From a virus, in the IMG/VR virus record IMGVR_UViG_3300045988_150395, positions 1 through 26,613 of that record: a DNA stretch of 26,613 bases; one strand, written 5' to 3'. Numbering within the stretch: the first letter of the stretch is position 1; each line of letters starts with the position of its first letter. Position numbers and translations under genes: made by a program. Below the pieces are notes generated by a model. It was not told where the DNA came from. It did not search any database and worked only from the letters and a program-made list of their open reading frames with translations. Positions 1 through 7,379 of this stretch are shown here, piece after piece.

Positions 1-45
1 AACTTAAATCAACTACTATTAACGGAAACCTATCCGTTACTGGGA
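1..45 (+). repeat. R element copy 1 (45 bp, aacttaaatcaactactattaacggaaacctatccgttactggga); encodes (Q)LKSTTINGNLSVTG
   Basis: Identical 45-mer occurs five times (1, 383, 823, 1205, 1645). Confidence 0.85.
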
Positions 46-389
46 ATATCTCATGTCCTGGATTAAAAATATCTAATTTCGGGACAATGACTTATAATTA
101 TAGCGGATTAAGTCCACTAGGAGGAAATTATTGTTATTGGAATGATTATTTTTTATATGCACATATAGCATTTCAATTTCCAAGCAATATTCCAAGTGGA
201 ACTTTATTAATGACATTTCCAACTTCAACAACTGCAAAGCTAGATAATGTAGGATTTTGCGGTTTTAATAACTCAACAGGAATACAACACATTGTAGCAT
301 TTAATTTTATTGGAAATAAAATGTCTATGAATACAAATAGACCTCAAGCAGGTAACTTTAGTTTTGATATAATTTTACCTAGAACTTAA
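1..389 (+). CDS. Cassette A1, 5'-truncated by the window edge (codon start at nt 3). Constant leader ..LKSTTINGNLSVTG plus variant-A C-terminal domain (NISCPGLKISNFGTMTYNYSGLSPLGGNYCYWNDY...FSFDIILPRT); hypothetical variable protein
   Basis: In-frame continuation of the same reading frame as the 816..1211 copy. Stop TAA at 387-389 lies inside R copy 2. Confidence 0.6.
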   Translation, partial: LKSTTINGNLSVTGNISCPGLKISNFGTMTYNYSGLSPLGGNYCYWNDYFLYAHIAFQFPSNIPSGTLLMTFPTSTTAKLDNVGFCGFNNSTGIQHIVAFNFIGNKMSMNTNRPQAGNFSFDIILPRT

Positions 390-427
390 ATCAACTACTA
401 TTAACGGAAACCTATCCGTTACTGGGA
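383..427 (+). repeat. R element copy 2; contains the TAA stop of cassette A1 in frame 0 and the LKSTTINGNLSVTG codons in frame +1
   Basis: Exact 45-bp match to copy 1, then diverges (g428 vs a46). Confidence 0.85.
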
Positions 428-774
428 GTTTTACTAAAAACGACACATGGTCGGGTCATATTAATTGTAACTCTGGTTTTACAGTTATAGTTAATTTTTT
501 TAAAATAGGTAATTTAGCTATCGGAACTTTTGATTTTACTACTCAAAGTGGAAAAACTATTCCAGCCTGGACTTGGACTAGACTTTGCCCTGCGGGGACT
601 ATACCAGTTAACTTTAGACCTAAATCAAGTAATAAAGATATGACTATTTCTTTACAAGAAGCAGGAGCAGGTAAAGTTGGGTTTAATATTGATGGAAGTA
701 TTGATATAAACTGCTATAAAGCATTGGGAGCAAAATATGAAGGCGGCATGCAAGTCATTTATATGGTAGAGTGA
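385..774 (+). other. Silent cassette B1. Intact 129-codon ORF in the +1 frame relative to A1, beginning with the R-encoded LKSTTINGNLSVTG then SFTKNDTWSGHINCNSGF...GGMQVIYMVE, stop TGA 772-774. No start codon or RBS of its own
   Basis: Open frame from R copy 2 to the TGA. Clear paralog (shared motifs IPAWTWT, CPAG.IP, FRP, ISLQ, GAG, DGSI, QVIY) of the expressed cassette C. Confidence 0.55.
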
Positions 775-815
775 GATATTCCAATTTTTTAGAGATAAAA
801 AGGAGGAAAATTTAC

Positions 816-1211
816 ATGGCGCAACTTAAATCAACTACTATTAACGGAAACCTATCCGTTACTGGGAATATCTCATGTCCTGGATTAAAAATATCTAATT
901 TCGGGACAATGACTTATAATTATAGCGGATTAAGTCCACTAGGAGGAAATTATTGTTATTGGAATGATTATTTTTTATATGCACATATAGCATTTCAATT
1001 TCCAAGCAATATTCCAAGTGGAACTTTATTAATGACATTTCCAACTTCAACAACTGCAAAGCTAGATAATGTAGGATTTTGCGGTTTTAATAACTCAACA
1101 GGAATACAACACATTGTAGCATTTAATTTTATTGGAAATAAAATGTCTATGAATACAAATAGACCTCAAGCAGGTAACTTTAGTTTTGATATAATTTTAC
1201 CTAGAACTTAA
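816..1211 (+). CDS. Cassette A2, 131 aa: MAQLKSTTINGNLSVTG plus variant-A domain; hypothetical variable small protein
   Basis: RBS aaaggagg 8 nt upstream of ATG 816. Identical to A1. The ORF-track start at 771 is a GTG overlapping the B1 stop, so ATG 816 is preferred. Confidence 0.7.
   Translation: MAQLKSTTINGNLSVTGNISCPGLKISNFGTMTYNYSGLSPLGGNYCYWNDYFLYAHIAFQFPSNIPSGTLLMTFPTSTTAKLDNVGFCGFNNSTGIQHIVAFNFIGNKMSMNTNRPQAGNFSFDIILPRT
823..867 (+). repeat. R element copy 3 (directly after ATG GCG C of cassette A2)
   Basis: Exact 45-bp match. Confidence 0.85.
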
Positions 1212-1249
1212 ATCAACTACTATTAACGGAAACCTATCCGTTACTGGGA
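1205..1249 (+). repeat. R element copy 4 (stop of A2 / head of silent cassette B2)
   Basis: Exact 45-bp match. Confidence 0.85.
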
Positions 1250-1596
1250 GTTTTACTAAAAACGACACATGGTCGGGTCATATTAATTGTAACTCTGGTT
1301 TTACAGTTATAGTTAATTTTTTTAAAATAGGTAATTTAGCTATCGGAACTTTTGATTTTACTACTCAAAGTGGAAAAACTATTCCAGCCTGGACTTGGAC
1401 TAGACTTTGCCCTGCGGGGACTATACCAGTTAACTTTAGACCTAAATCAAGTAATAAAGATATGACTATTTCTTTACAAGAAGCAGGAGCAGGTAAAGTT
1501 GGGTTTAATATTGATGGAAGTATTGATATAAACTGCTATAAAGCATTGGGAGCAAAATATGAAGGCGGCATGCAAGTCATTTATATGGTAGAGTGA
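1207..1596 (+). other. Silent cassette B2 (identical to B1); +1 frame, no start codon, stop TGA 1594-1596
   Basis: Exact copy of B1 within the 822-bp duplication. Confidence 0.55.
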
Positions 1597-1637
1597 GATA
1601 TTCCAATTTTTTAGAGATAAAAAGGAGGAAAATTTAC

Positions 1638-2033
1638 ATGGCGCAACTTAAATCAACTACTATTAACGGAAACCTATCCGTTACTGGGAGTTTTAATAGG
1701 AATTATAGTTGGAGTGGCAATTTTACTTGTAATTCTGGTTATCGTGCATCTGGTTATTTATGGAGAATGGGTAATTTAGTTATTGGTACTTTTACTTTTG
1801 CTACAAATAGTGGGATAAGTATACCAGCTTGGACTTGGACTACAATTTGTCCTGCTGGAGCTATTCCAGCTAGCTTTAGGCCAAATGTGAATAGAGGTCA
1901 ATATATTTCTTTACAAGGTGTTGGAGCTGGACAGATAAATTTTAATGCAGATGGAAGTATTAGTATATGTTGTTATGGAACTTTTGGAGGTCCTTGGGCA
2001 GGAGGATTACAAGTTATTTATTTTGTAGATTAA
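1638..2033 (+). CDS. Cassette C, 131 aa: MAQLKSTTINGNLSVTG plus variant-C domain (SFNRNYSWSGNFTCNSGYRASG...GLQVIYFVD); paralog of the silent B cassettes
   Basis: RBS aaaggagg plus ATG 1638. Roughly 45% identity to the B cassette by eye, with conserved Cys/Trp positions. Confidence 0.7.
   Translation: MAQLKSTTINGNLSVTGSFNRNYSWSGNFTCNSGYRASGYLWRMGNLVIGTFTFATNSGISIPAWTWTTICPAGAIPASFRPNVNRGQYISLQGVGAGQINFNADGSISICCYGTFGGPWAGGLQVIYFVD
1645..1689 (+). repeat. R element copy 5 (head of cassette C)
   Basis: Exact 45-bp match; shares a further 6 nt with the B-type copies before diverging. Confidence 0.85.
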
Positions 2034-2122
2034 AATTAAAAATCTCAATATTTAGAATAAAAAACTAAATGGACTTTTTTCTTATTTTATTGTAATATAT
2101 AAATAAAAAGGAGATACCAAAA

Positions 2123-2401
2123 GTGAGATTACATGCAGGAGATGTAGTTAAACATTTTAAACGAGAAACTCTTTCACAAGAAGAACAGGAAAACACTAAG
2201 AAATATTTATATATAATTTATGATATAGCGGAACACACTGAAACTGGTGAAAAATTAGTAATATATCATAGCTTATATGAACCAATTAAATTATATGCTC
2301 GTCCAATAGATATGTTTATGAGTAGGGTGGATAAAGAAAAATATCCAAACATAAAACAAGAATATAGATTTGAGCTTTTGGAGGATAAGAAAGATGAATA
2401 G
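2123..2401 (+). CDS. DUF1653-like small protein (GTG start)
   Basis: RBS aaaggaga 7 nt upstream of GTG 2123. Sequence pattern HFKRE..YLYIIYDIAEHTETGEKLVIYHSLY..LYARP..MF resembles the DUF1653 family (recalled from memory, not searched). Confidence 0.5.
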   Translation: MRLHAGDVVKHFKRETLSQEEQENTKKYLYIIYDIAEHTETGEKLVIYHSLYEPIKLYARPIDMFMSRVDKEKYPNIKQEYRFELLEDKKDE

Positions 2402-2792
2402 CCTAGATATTTTAAAACAAATTTTTGATGTATGTATTGTACCTTTAATTGCAATTTTAACTTCTTATTTAGTTAGTTACATTCAAGTCCAGAAGGAGCA
2501 ACTAAAGAAAAAGACAGATAATGAGCTATTAAATAAATACATTGATATGGCAGCTAATACTATTGCGGATTGTGTTACTACAACTAATCAGACATATGTA
2601 GAAACTTTGAAAAAGGAAGGTAAATTTGACGAAGAAGCACAGAAAGTTGCTTTCCAGAAAACTTTAAATGCGGTTTTAGCTTTGCTTACTAAAGAAGCTA
2701 AAGATTATTTAACTGAGGCTTATGGAGATTTGAATTTATATTTAACTAATAAAATCGAGTCTACAGTTAATGAGAAGAAAACTTCTAAATAA
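2394..2792 (+). CDS. Hypothetical membrane protein with one N-terminal TM helix followed by a charged coiled-coil region
   Basis: ATG 2394 with GGAGGA 8 nt upstream (track start 2370 is a TTG). Hydrophobic segment ILKQIFDVCIVPLIAILTSYLVSYI. Confidence 0.5.
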   Translation: MNSLDILKQIFDVCIVPLIAILTSYLVSYIQVQKEQLKKKTDNELLNKYIDMAANTIADCVTTTNQTYVETLKKEGKFDEEAQKVAFQKTLNAVLALLTKEAKDYLTEAYGDLNLYLTNKIESTVNEKKTSK

Positions 2793-2803
2793 TATGTTAC
2801 CAA

Positions 2804-2843
2804 AGGGGTAGGTTCTTGAAAAGAGAACCTACCCCTTATTTTG
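2804..2843 (+). terminator. Rho-independent terminator
   Basis: 12-bp perfect stem ggggtaggttct/agaacctacccc with a 7-nt loop, followed by ttatttt. Confidence 0.8.
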
Positions 2844-2937
2844 CGTTATACCAAAATTTTTTTAGAAAAATATTTTGGACTATAGGAGAAAACTGGGCGA
2901 ATGAGATAAAAGATTACCAAAAAATTTTCATATACTT

Positions 2938-3402
2938 ATGAAAGGAAGAGGAGAAAAAGTTAATAGAAAGAAGGTAAGTAAAATGTATCCTAATTACAAT
3001 TATTACCCACCTCGCCAACAGCAACAAATGCAACCGCAACAACCTCAAATTCCTCCTTTTCTTAAAGGTAGACCAGTATCTTCATTAGAAGAGGTTAGGG
3101 CTATTCCAATAGACTTTGATGGTTCTGTTTTTTACTTCCCAGATATAGCCAATAGAAAAATATATACAAAACAAATTAATTTAGATGGGACAGCATTAAT
3201 AAACATGTATGAATTTAAGCCTATTCCAGTAGCACAAGAAACTACTTCTAATGCAAATACAGATACTTTTGTAACTAGAGAGGAATTTGACGAAACAATG
3301 TCAAGAATTAAAGAAATGTTTGCGGCGATGCCGGCTCAAAGTCCGCAACCGGCGCAAAAAGAAGTAACAACTAAGAAACCCGCAGAAATGCCAAAATTTT
3401 AA
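2938..3402 (+). CDS. Hypothetical Q/P-rich protein (YPPRQQQQMQPQQPQIPP low-complexity N-terminus); alternative start ATG 2983
   Basis: Long ORF, first gene after the terminator. Start ambiguous because RBS is weak for both ATGs. Confidence 0.45.
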   Translation: MKGRGEKVNRKKVSKMYPNYNYYPPRQQQQMQPQQPQIPPFLKGRPVSSLEEVRAIPIDFDGSVFYFPDIANRKIYTKQINLDGTALINMYEFKPIPVAQETTSNANTDTFVTREEFDETMSRIKEMFAAMPAQSPQPAQKEVTTKKPAEMPKF

Positions 3403-3414
3403 GGAGGAAACCGC

Positions 3415-3660
3415 ATGAATAACATAAATCCTATGCAATTAATTCAGATGATTAAAGGCGGTCAAAATCCGCAACAACTTATGATGAGTATACTTGAACA
3501 ACAAATGCAAAATACTCCAATGGGAGCTAATCTATTGTCTTTAGCAAAGCAGAATAGAAGTGCAGATATTGAACAAATCGCCCGCAATATATGTAAACAA
3601 AGCGGAAAAGATTTTGATAAGGAATTTAATGCTTTCAAGCAAATGCTTGGGCTTAAATAA
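3415..3660 (+). CDS. Hypothetical small Q/M-rich protein (81 aa)
   Basis: Perfect RBS aaggagg 6 nt upstream of ATG. Confidence 0.55.
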   Translation: MNNINPMQLIQMIKGGQNPQQLMMSILEQQMQNTPMGANLLSLAKQNRSADIEQIARNICKQSGKDFDKEFNAFKQMLGLK

Positions 3661-3684
3661 TAAATTTTAAAGGAGGACATTAAT

Positions 3685-4455
3685 ATGTTCAATAATGCAG
3701 CTAGTGGCTATAGTTTAGCCGATATCGCAGCCGCTACAGGTTCTACCCGCAATGATAATGGTTGGGGCTTTGGTGGCGATGGAGGAGCTTGGTGGATTAT
3801 TATACTTTTCCTTTTCTGTTTCGCAGGATGGGGAGGAAATGGAAATGGTCTCTTTGGAGGCGGTTCCACAGGCTCTGGAATTACTGATGGTTATATTTTA
3901 ACATCAGATTTTGCCAACGTAGAAAGAAAAATTGATGCCGTAAATAATGGTATTTGTGATGGATTTTACGCCATGAATACAGGCATGCTGAATGGATTTG
4001 CTGGTATTAATAATAATATTACACAACAAACTATTGCAGATATGCAGAATACTAATGCTATTAATGCAGGTATTACTAATTTGGGTACTCAGTTACAGCA
4101 ATGTTGCTGCCAGACAAGATACGAAGACGCTCAGAATTTTGCTCAATTAAATTATAATTTAGCAGACCAAGAATGTTCAACTCGTAGAGCTGTTACTGAT
4201 GCGACAAGAGATTTAATGGAAAATCAAAACGCTAATACTAGAAGTGTATTAAGCGCAATTCAAGAAATGCAAACACAGGCACTGCATGATAAGATTACTG
4301 AACTTACAGCTGTTAATTCTGACCTTAAATTCCAAGCTAGTCAAGCAGCTCAGAACAGCTATCTCATCAATGCACTTAATCCTTCACCTGTACCTGCATA
4401 CACAGTTCCTAATCCTTATGCAGGTTATAGAAACTGTGGATGTTCAACTTTATGA
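3685..4455 (+). CDS. Hypothetical protein: Gly/Trp-rich N-terminus with one TM helix (WWIIILFLFCFAGWGG), N/Q-rich coiled-coil-like middle with a QQCCCQ motif, C-terminal CGCSTL
   Basis: Perfect RBS aaaggagga; 256-aa ORF. Confidence 0.6.
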   Translation: MFNNAASGYSLADIAAATGSTRNDNGWGFGGDGGAWWIIILFLFCFAGWGGNGNGLFGGGSTGSGITDGYILTSDFANVERKIDAVNNGICDGFYAMNTGMLNGFAGINNNITQQTIADMQNTNAINAGITNLGTQLQQCCCQTRYEDAQNFAQLNYNLADQECSTRRAVTDATRDLMENQNANTRSVLSAIQEMQTQALHDKITELTAVNSDLKFQASQAAQNSYLINALNPSPVPAYTVPNPYAGYRNCGCSTL

Positions 4456-4524
4456 TTAATTAGTTTGACTACTAGGGAGCCTGCCAGCTCCCTAGATAGT
4501 TAAATTCCTGAAAGGAGACTATTT

Positions 4525-4947
4525 ATGGAACTAACTAGTAATGTAGTACAAACCGTAAACGCAAATGATAATGTTGTATTCATTACAACAAGAATCCCTG
4601 GTAACTGTTCAGTTATTCATACCGAGGGAAGTGGAAATATTAAAATGAGAGGCTTGTCTAATAATCAATGCCGCTCAAGATTCAAAGTAACTTTCACTGG
4701 TAATATTGCAGTTCCAACTGGTGGTACCGCAGGAGCTATCTCATTAACTATTACTATAGATGGTGAGGCAGTTCGTACCGCGCAAATGATTGTAACACCT
4801 GCCGCAGTAGAGCAATATTTTAATGTAGCTTCATGTGTATACATTGACGTACCTACTGGATGCTGCTCAACCGCAGGAGTAACTAATACTTCAACACAAA
4901 CGATTAACGTTCAAAATGCTAATCTTATAGTAGAAAGGGTGGCGTAA
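4525..4947 (+). CDS. Hypothetical small Cys-containing beta-rich protein (140 aa)
   Basis: RBS gaaaggaga; T/V/N-rich composition typical of beta-sandwich proteins. Confidence 0.55.
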   Translation: MELTSNVVQTVNANDNVVFITTRIPGNCSVIHTEGSGNIKMRGLSNNQCRSRFKVTFTGNIAVPTGGTAGAISLTITIDGEAVRTAQMIVTPAAVEQYFNVASCVYIDVPTGCCSTAGVTNTSTQTINVQNANLIVERVA

Positions 4948-4948
4948 T

Positions 4949-5485
4949 ATGCATAGACTTTATGATATGAAAAACTGTTTAATTAGTGCTGCCCAATCTC
5001 AAATGGGAAATCTCCAAGACTGCGATGCTGGAGAGCTTGGCGAAGTAATTGATATGATAAAAGACCTTGAAGAAGCAATTTATTATTGTACAATTACAAA
5101 AGCTATGAATGAAAAAGAAGAAAATAATTCTTCTCAATATCGTATGTATTACAGGGAAAGAGGAGGACAAAATTATGATAATTCCTCTTCATATATTGAC
5201 TATCCTAGAATTGATAAGTATAATGATAAAAGCAATGAACCTTATCATGAAAGAGAATTTCCTTTAGAGATGCGGGATGCGCGTGAGGGCCGTAGTCCAG
5301 TACGTCGCCGCATGTATATGGAATCTAAAGAACTCCACAAGGATAAAGTAACCGCAATGAAAGAACTTGAAGAATATATGCAAGAATTAAGTTCTGACAT
5401 TTGTGAAATGATTGAAGACGCTTCTCCAGAAGAGAAACAATTACTTCAAAAGAAAATTATTGCTTTATCAAATAAAATACAATGA
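4949..5485 (+). CDS. Hypothetical acidic coiled-coil protein (178 aa)
   Basis: Start 2 nt after the previous stop; ATGA overlap with the next gene. Confidence 0.5.
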   Translation: MHRLYDMKNCLISAAQSQMGNLQDCDAGELGEVIDMIKDLEEAIYYCTITKAMNEKEENNSSQYRMYYRERGGQNYDNSSSYIDYPRIDKYNDKSNEPYHEREFPLEMRDAREGRSPVRRRMYMESKELHKDKVTAMKELEEYMQELSSDICEMIEDASPEEKQLLQKKIIALSNKIQ

Positions 5486-5799
5486 TTAAAATAAATGGAG
5501 AAACTTGGAGAATATTCCTAGTTTCTCCTAATCATCCAATTCTATATACTAATGGTTCTTATACACTTGGGGCTTGTGATAATGTTACTCATTCAATTTA
5601 TATTAATGAAAACCTTAATTCTCATAAAATGAAAAAGGTATTATGCCATGAGTTAACACATGCCGCAATGTTTAGTTATGATGTAGAATTAACATTGGAA
5701 CAAGAAGAACTATTAGCAGATTTACTTGCCACTTATGGACAAGAAATTGTTGATATGACAAATGAAATTTTTATTAAATTAAAAAGGAATATTTATTAG
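5482..5799 (+). CDS. Small putative zinc metallopeptidase-like protein (HExxH motif: CHELTHAAMF)
   Basis: ATGA-coupled ORF; single HELTH motif in a 105-aa protein. Confidence 0.5.
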   Translation: MIKINGETWRIFLVSPNHPILYTNGSYTLGACDNVTHSIYINENLNSHKMKKVLCHELTHAAMFSYDVELTLEQEELLADLLATYGQEIVDMTNEIFIKLKRNIY

Positions 5800-5828
5800 C
5801 ATGATTAATAAATATTCCTTTTTTTTAT
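5785..5828. terminator. Bidirectional rho-independent terminator at the convergence point of the plus and minus modules
   Basis: 14-bp stem aggaatatttatta/taataaatattcct, followed by T-runs on both strands (tttttttt on plus; tttttaattt on minus). Overlaps the TAG of 5482..5799 and abuts the TAA of 5829..6257. Confidence 0.7.
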
Positions 5829-6257
5829 TTAATCAGTAATATGTTTTGCTTTTTGTACAACTAAAGCAAATAAACTGTCACCATTATGGTTACCTTTTAA
5901 ACCATTATAAGCATCATGGTCTTCAATACACTGTTGGTATTCTTCTAATGTTATTTCATGGTCTTCAGCTAATAATGCTTGACATTCAGCTATGAATTCT
6001 TTCTTTTGCATTGAAAGAATTCCTTTTCTAAGAGCATCTAATTGTTCTTGTAACTTCTGGTCACCATCTCTTGATTCTTTTTCTATTCCATCATATCGAG
6101 AAAACATATCATTTTTAAGATTTTCATAAAATCTAGCACGTTCAGCATTTTGTTCGTCTTCTTTCATTTTCATATATTTTTTGAAAAAGTATCCACCGCC
6201 TGCAACTATTAAGCCAAAACCAAATTCAACCCAATATTTAATTATAAAGTCTAACAT
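5829..6257 (-). CDS. Hypothetical membrane protein (N-terminal TM, then charged coiled coil), last gene of the minus-strand operon
   Basis: RBS AGGAGG (revcomp of 6262-6270) upstream of ATG 6257. Confidence 0.55.
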   Translation of the reverse strand: MLDFIIKYWVEFGFGLIVAGGGYFFKKYMKMKEDEQNAERARFYENLKNDMFSRYDGIEKESRDGDQKLQEQLDALRKGILSMQKKEFIAECQALLAEDHEITLEEYQQCIEDHDAYNGLKGNHNGDSLFALVVQKAKHITD

Positions 6258-6318
6258 GGTGTTCCTCCTACCTTAATTCTCATATAGAATTAAAAAATAG
6301 GAAAGTCAAATTTATTTA

Positions 6319-6807
6319 TTAAGACCAATCAAACATTTCTGTTTCTTCTTTTACAAAATAATGAGTTCCAATACATATTGCATCAGCTTCATCTTCTGTA
6401 CATTTCAATCCATAAGTAGATTGAACATATGCTTGCGCGTTCTTCTTTTGTTCTGCCCTAACTTTACCCTTAATCTGTAAAGTAGACCGCCATTGTACTG
6501 CTAGAACTGAACTATTAGGCATTTTAGTTTCTGTAAAAAATTCACATAAAACACCAATAACTTCCGCAAGTTTTTTAAATGTTAATACATTATTTCCCGC
6601 ACCATTTTTTAATTGTATATCTTCAAAGATAACTTCATCTACTTCATATTTTTCAATTAATTCCTTAACCTTATTCTTAATATTCATTAATCTTTCACCA
6701 AAATCTTTATCGGTAAAAGTAAAATGTCCATAATCAAGAAGTTTGCCGTCTTCAAAAACGGCAAACCCTGATATTCGACTGCTTTGGTCTAAAGCTAAAA
6801 GTTTCAT
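6319..6807 (-). CDS. ruvC: RuvC-like Holliday junction resolvase (phage type)
   Basis: N-terminal LLALDQSSRISGFAVF (RuvC motif LGIDPGSRxTGYAV), mid-protein acidic EVDEVIFED, C-terminal EADAICIGTHY (RuvC DAxDALAxA..H). Confidence 0.65.
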   Translation of the reverse strand: MKLLALDQSSRISGFAVFEDGKLLDYGHFTFTDKDFGERLMNIKNKVKELIEKYEVDEVIFEDIQLKNGAGNNVLTFKKLAEVIGVLCEFFTETKMPNSSVLAVQWRSTLQIKGKVRAEQKKNAQAYVQSTYGLKCTEDEADAICIGTHYFVKEETEMFDWS

Positions 6808-7379
6808 TAGGTAGCAGAGATAAGAGTTGGAGATACTGCAACATCATCAGTGGAACCGAATCCGCCAGCTCTTGTCTTATTGAACTGAGTATCATCTGAA
6901 GTTTTATAATATTTCTTAATAATACCCTGTCCAATAATGTCTCCTTTTTTAATTTGAATAGGATAAGGACTTAAATTAATTAACTGAAAGAAAATTTCTC
7001 CTTCATTGGCTTCACAATCATAATAATCTGCATCAATAATACCAACGCCATTAGCTAAGACAAGCCAATATTTAAGCGGAGTAGATGAACGAACCGAAAG
7101 TTCAAGGTATTTATCCGTTGGGAGTTTACATTTAACTCCAGTAGATATAAGAACTGGTCTTGCTCCTGGCTTATCAGTCATTTTCTTCATTTCATCTAAT
7201 GTAAAAACTGAATTTTCTGAGATACCATTTTTGCACATTTCTGTTACTGACTGATAATATGGCGGAATTACTACATCTTCTGCGGCAGCCATATCATAAC
7301 CTGCGGCATTTGCTGTTGCGCGTTCTGGCATTTTAATATCTTCGTCTTTAAATTTAGAAACTTTTTTAAACTTAATCAT
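6807..7379 (-). CDS. dut: dUTP diphosphatase (dUTPase)
   Basis: All five dUTPase motifs: AAGYDM, VRSSTP, GIIDADYY..GEI, KKGDIIGQGI, TRAGGFGSTD. Confidence 0.8.
   Translation of the reverse strand: MIKFKKVSKFKDEDIKMPERATANAAGYDMAAAEDVVIPPYYQSVTEMCKNGISENSVFTLDEMKKMTDKPGARPVLISTGVKCKLPTDKYLELSVRSSTPLKYWLVLANGVGIIDADYYDCEANEGEIFFQLINLSPYPIQIKKGDIIGQGIIKKYYKTSDDTQFNKTRAGGFGSTDDVAVSPTLISAT

Larger units (their letters stand above)
1..1644 (+). repeat. Perfect tandem direct duplication, unit 822 bp (1..822 and 823..1644); a third unit begins at 1645 but diverges after ~51 nt
   Basis: Positions 1..822 re-read identically at 823..1644, including RBS, ATG and both cassette bodies. The six-frame proteins 87..389 and the C-terminal part of 771..1211 are identical. 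Confidence 0.85.

Noticed and set aside
771-815. Six-frame ORF start at GTG 771 (MRYSNFLEIKRRKIY-MAQLK...), extending cassette A2 and C upstream
   Set aside because: The extension overlaps the B-cassette stop and reads through the AGGAGG RBS. ATG 816 / 1638 with an 8-nt spaced RBS is the evident start.
2266-2454. Antisense small ORFs from the track (2266..2454-, 3462..3692-, 4979..5170-, 6752..6934-, 7517..7774+, 8891..9073+, 9933..10166-, 10888..11082+, 12006..12303+, 16504..16758+, 19210..19548+, 25825..26167)
   Set aside because: All lie wholly inside well-supported genes on the opposite strand. They have low-complexity AT-codon composition and no RBS, so they are treated as spurious.
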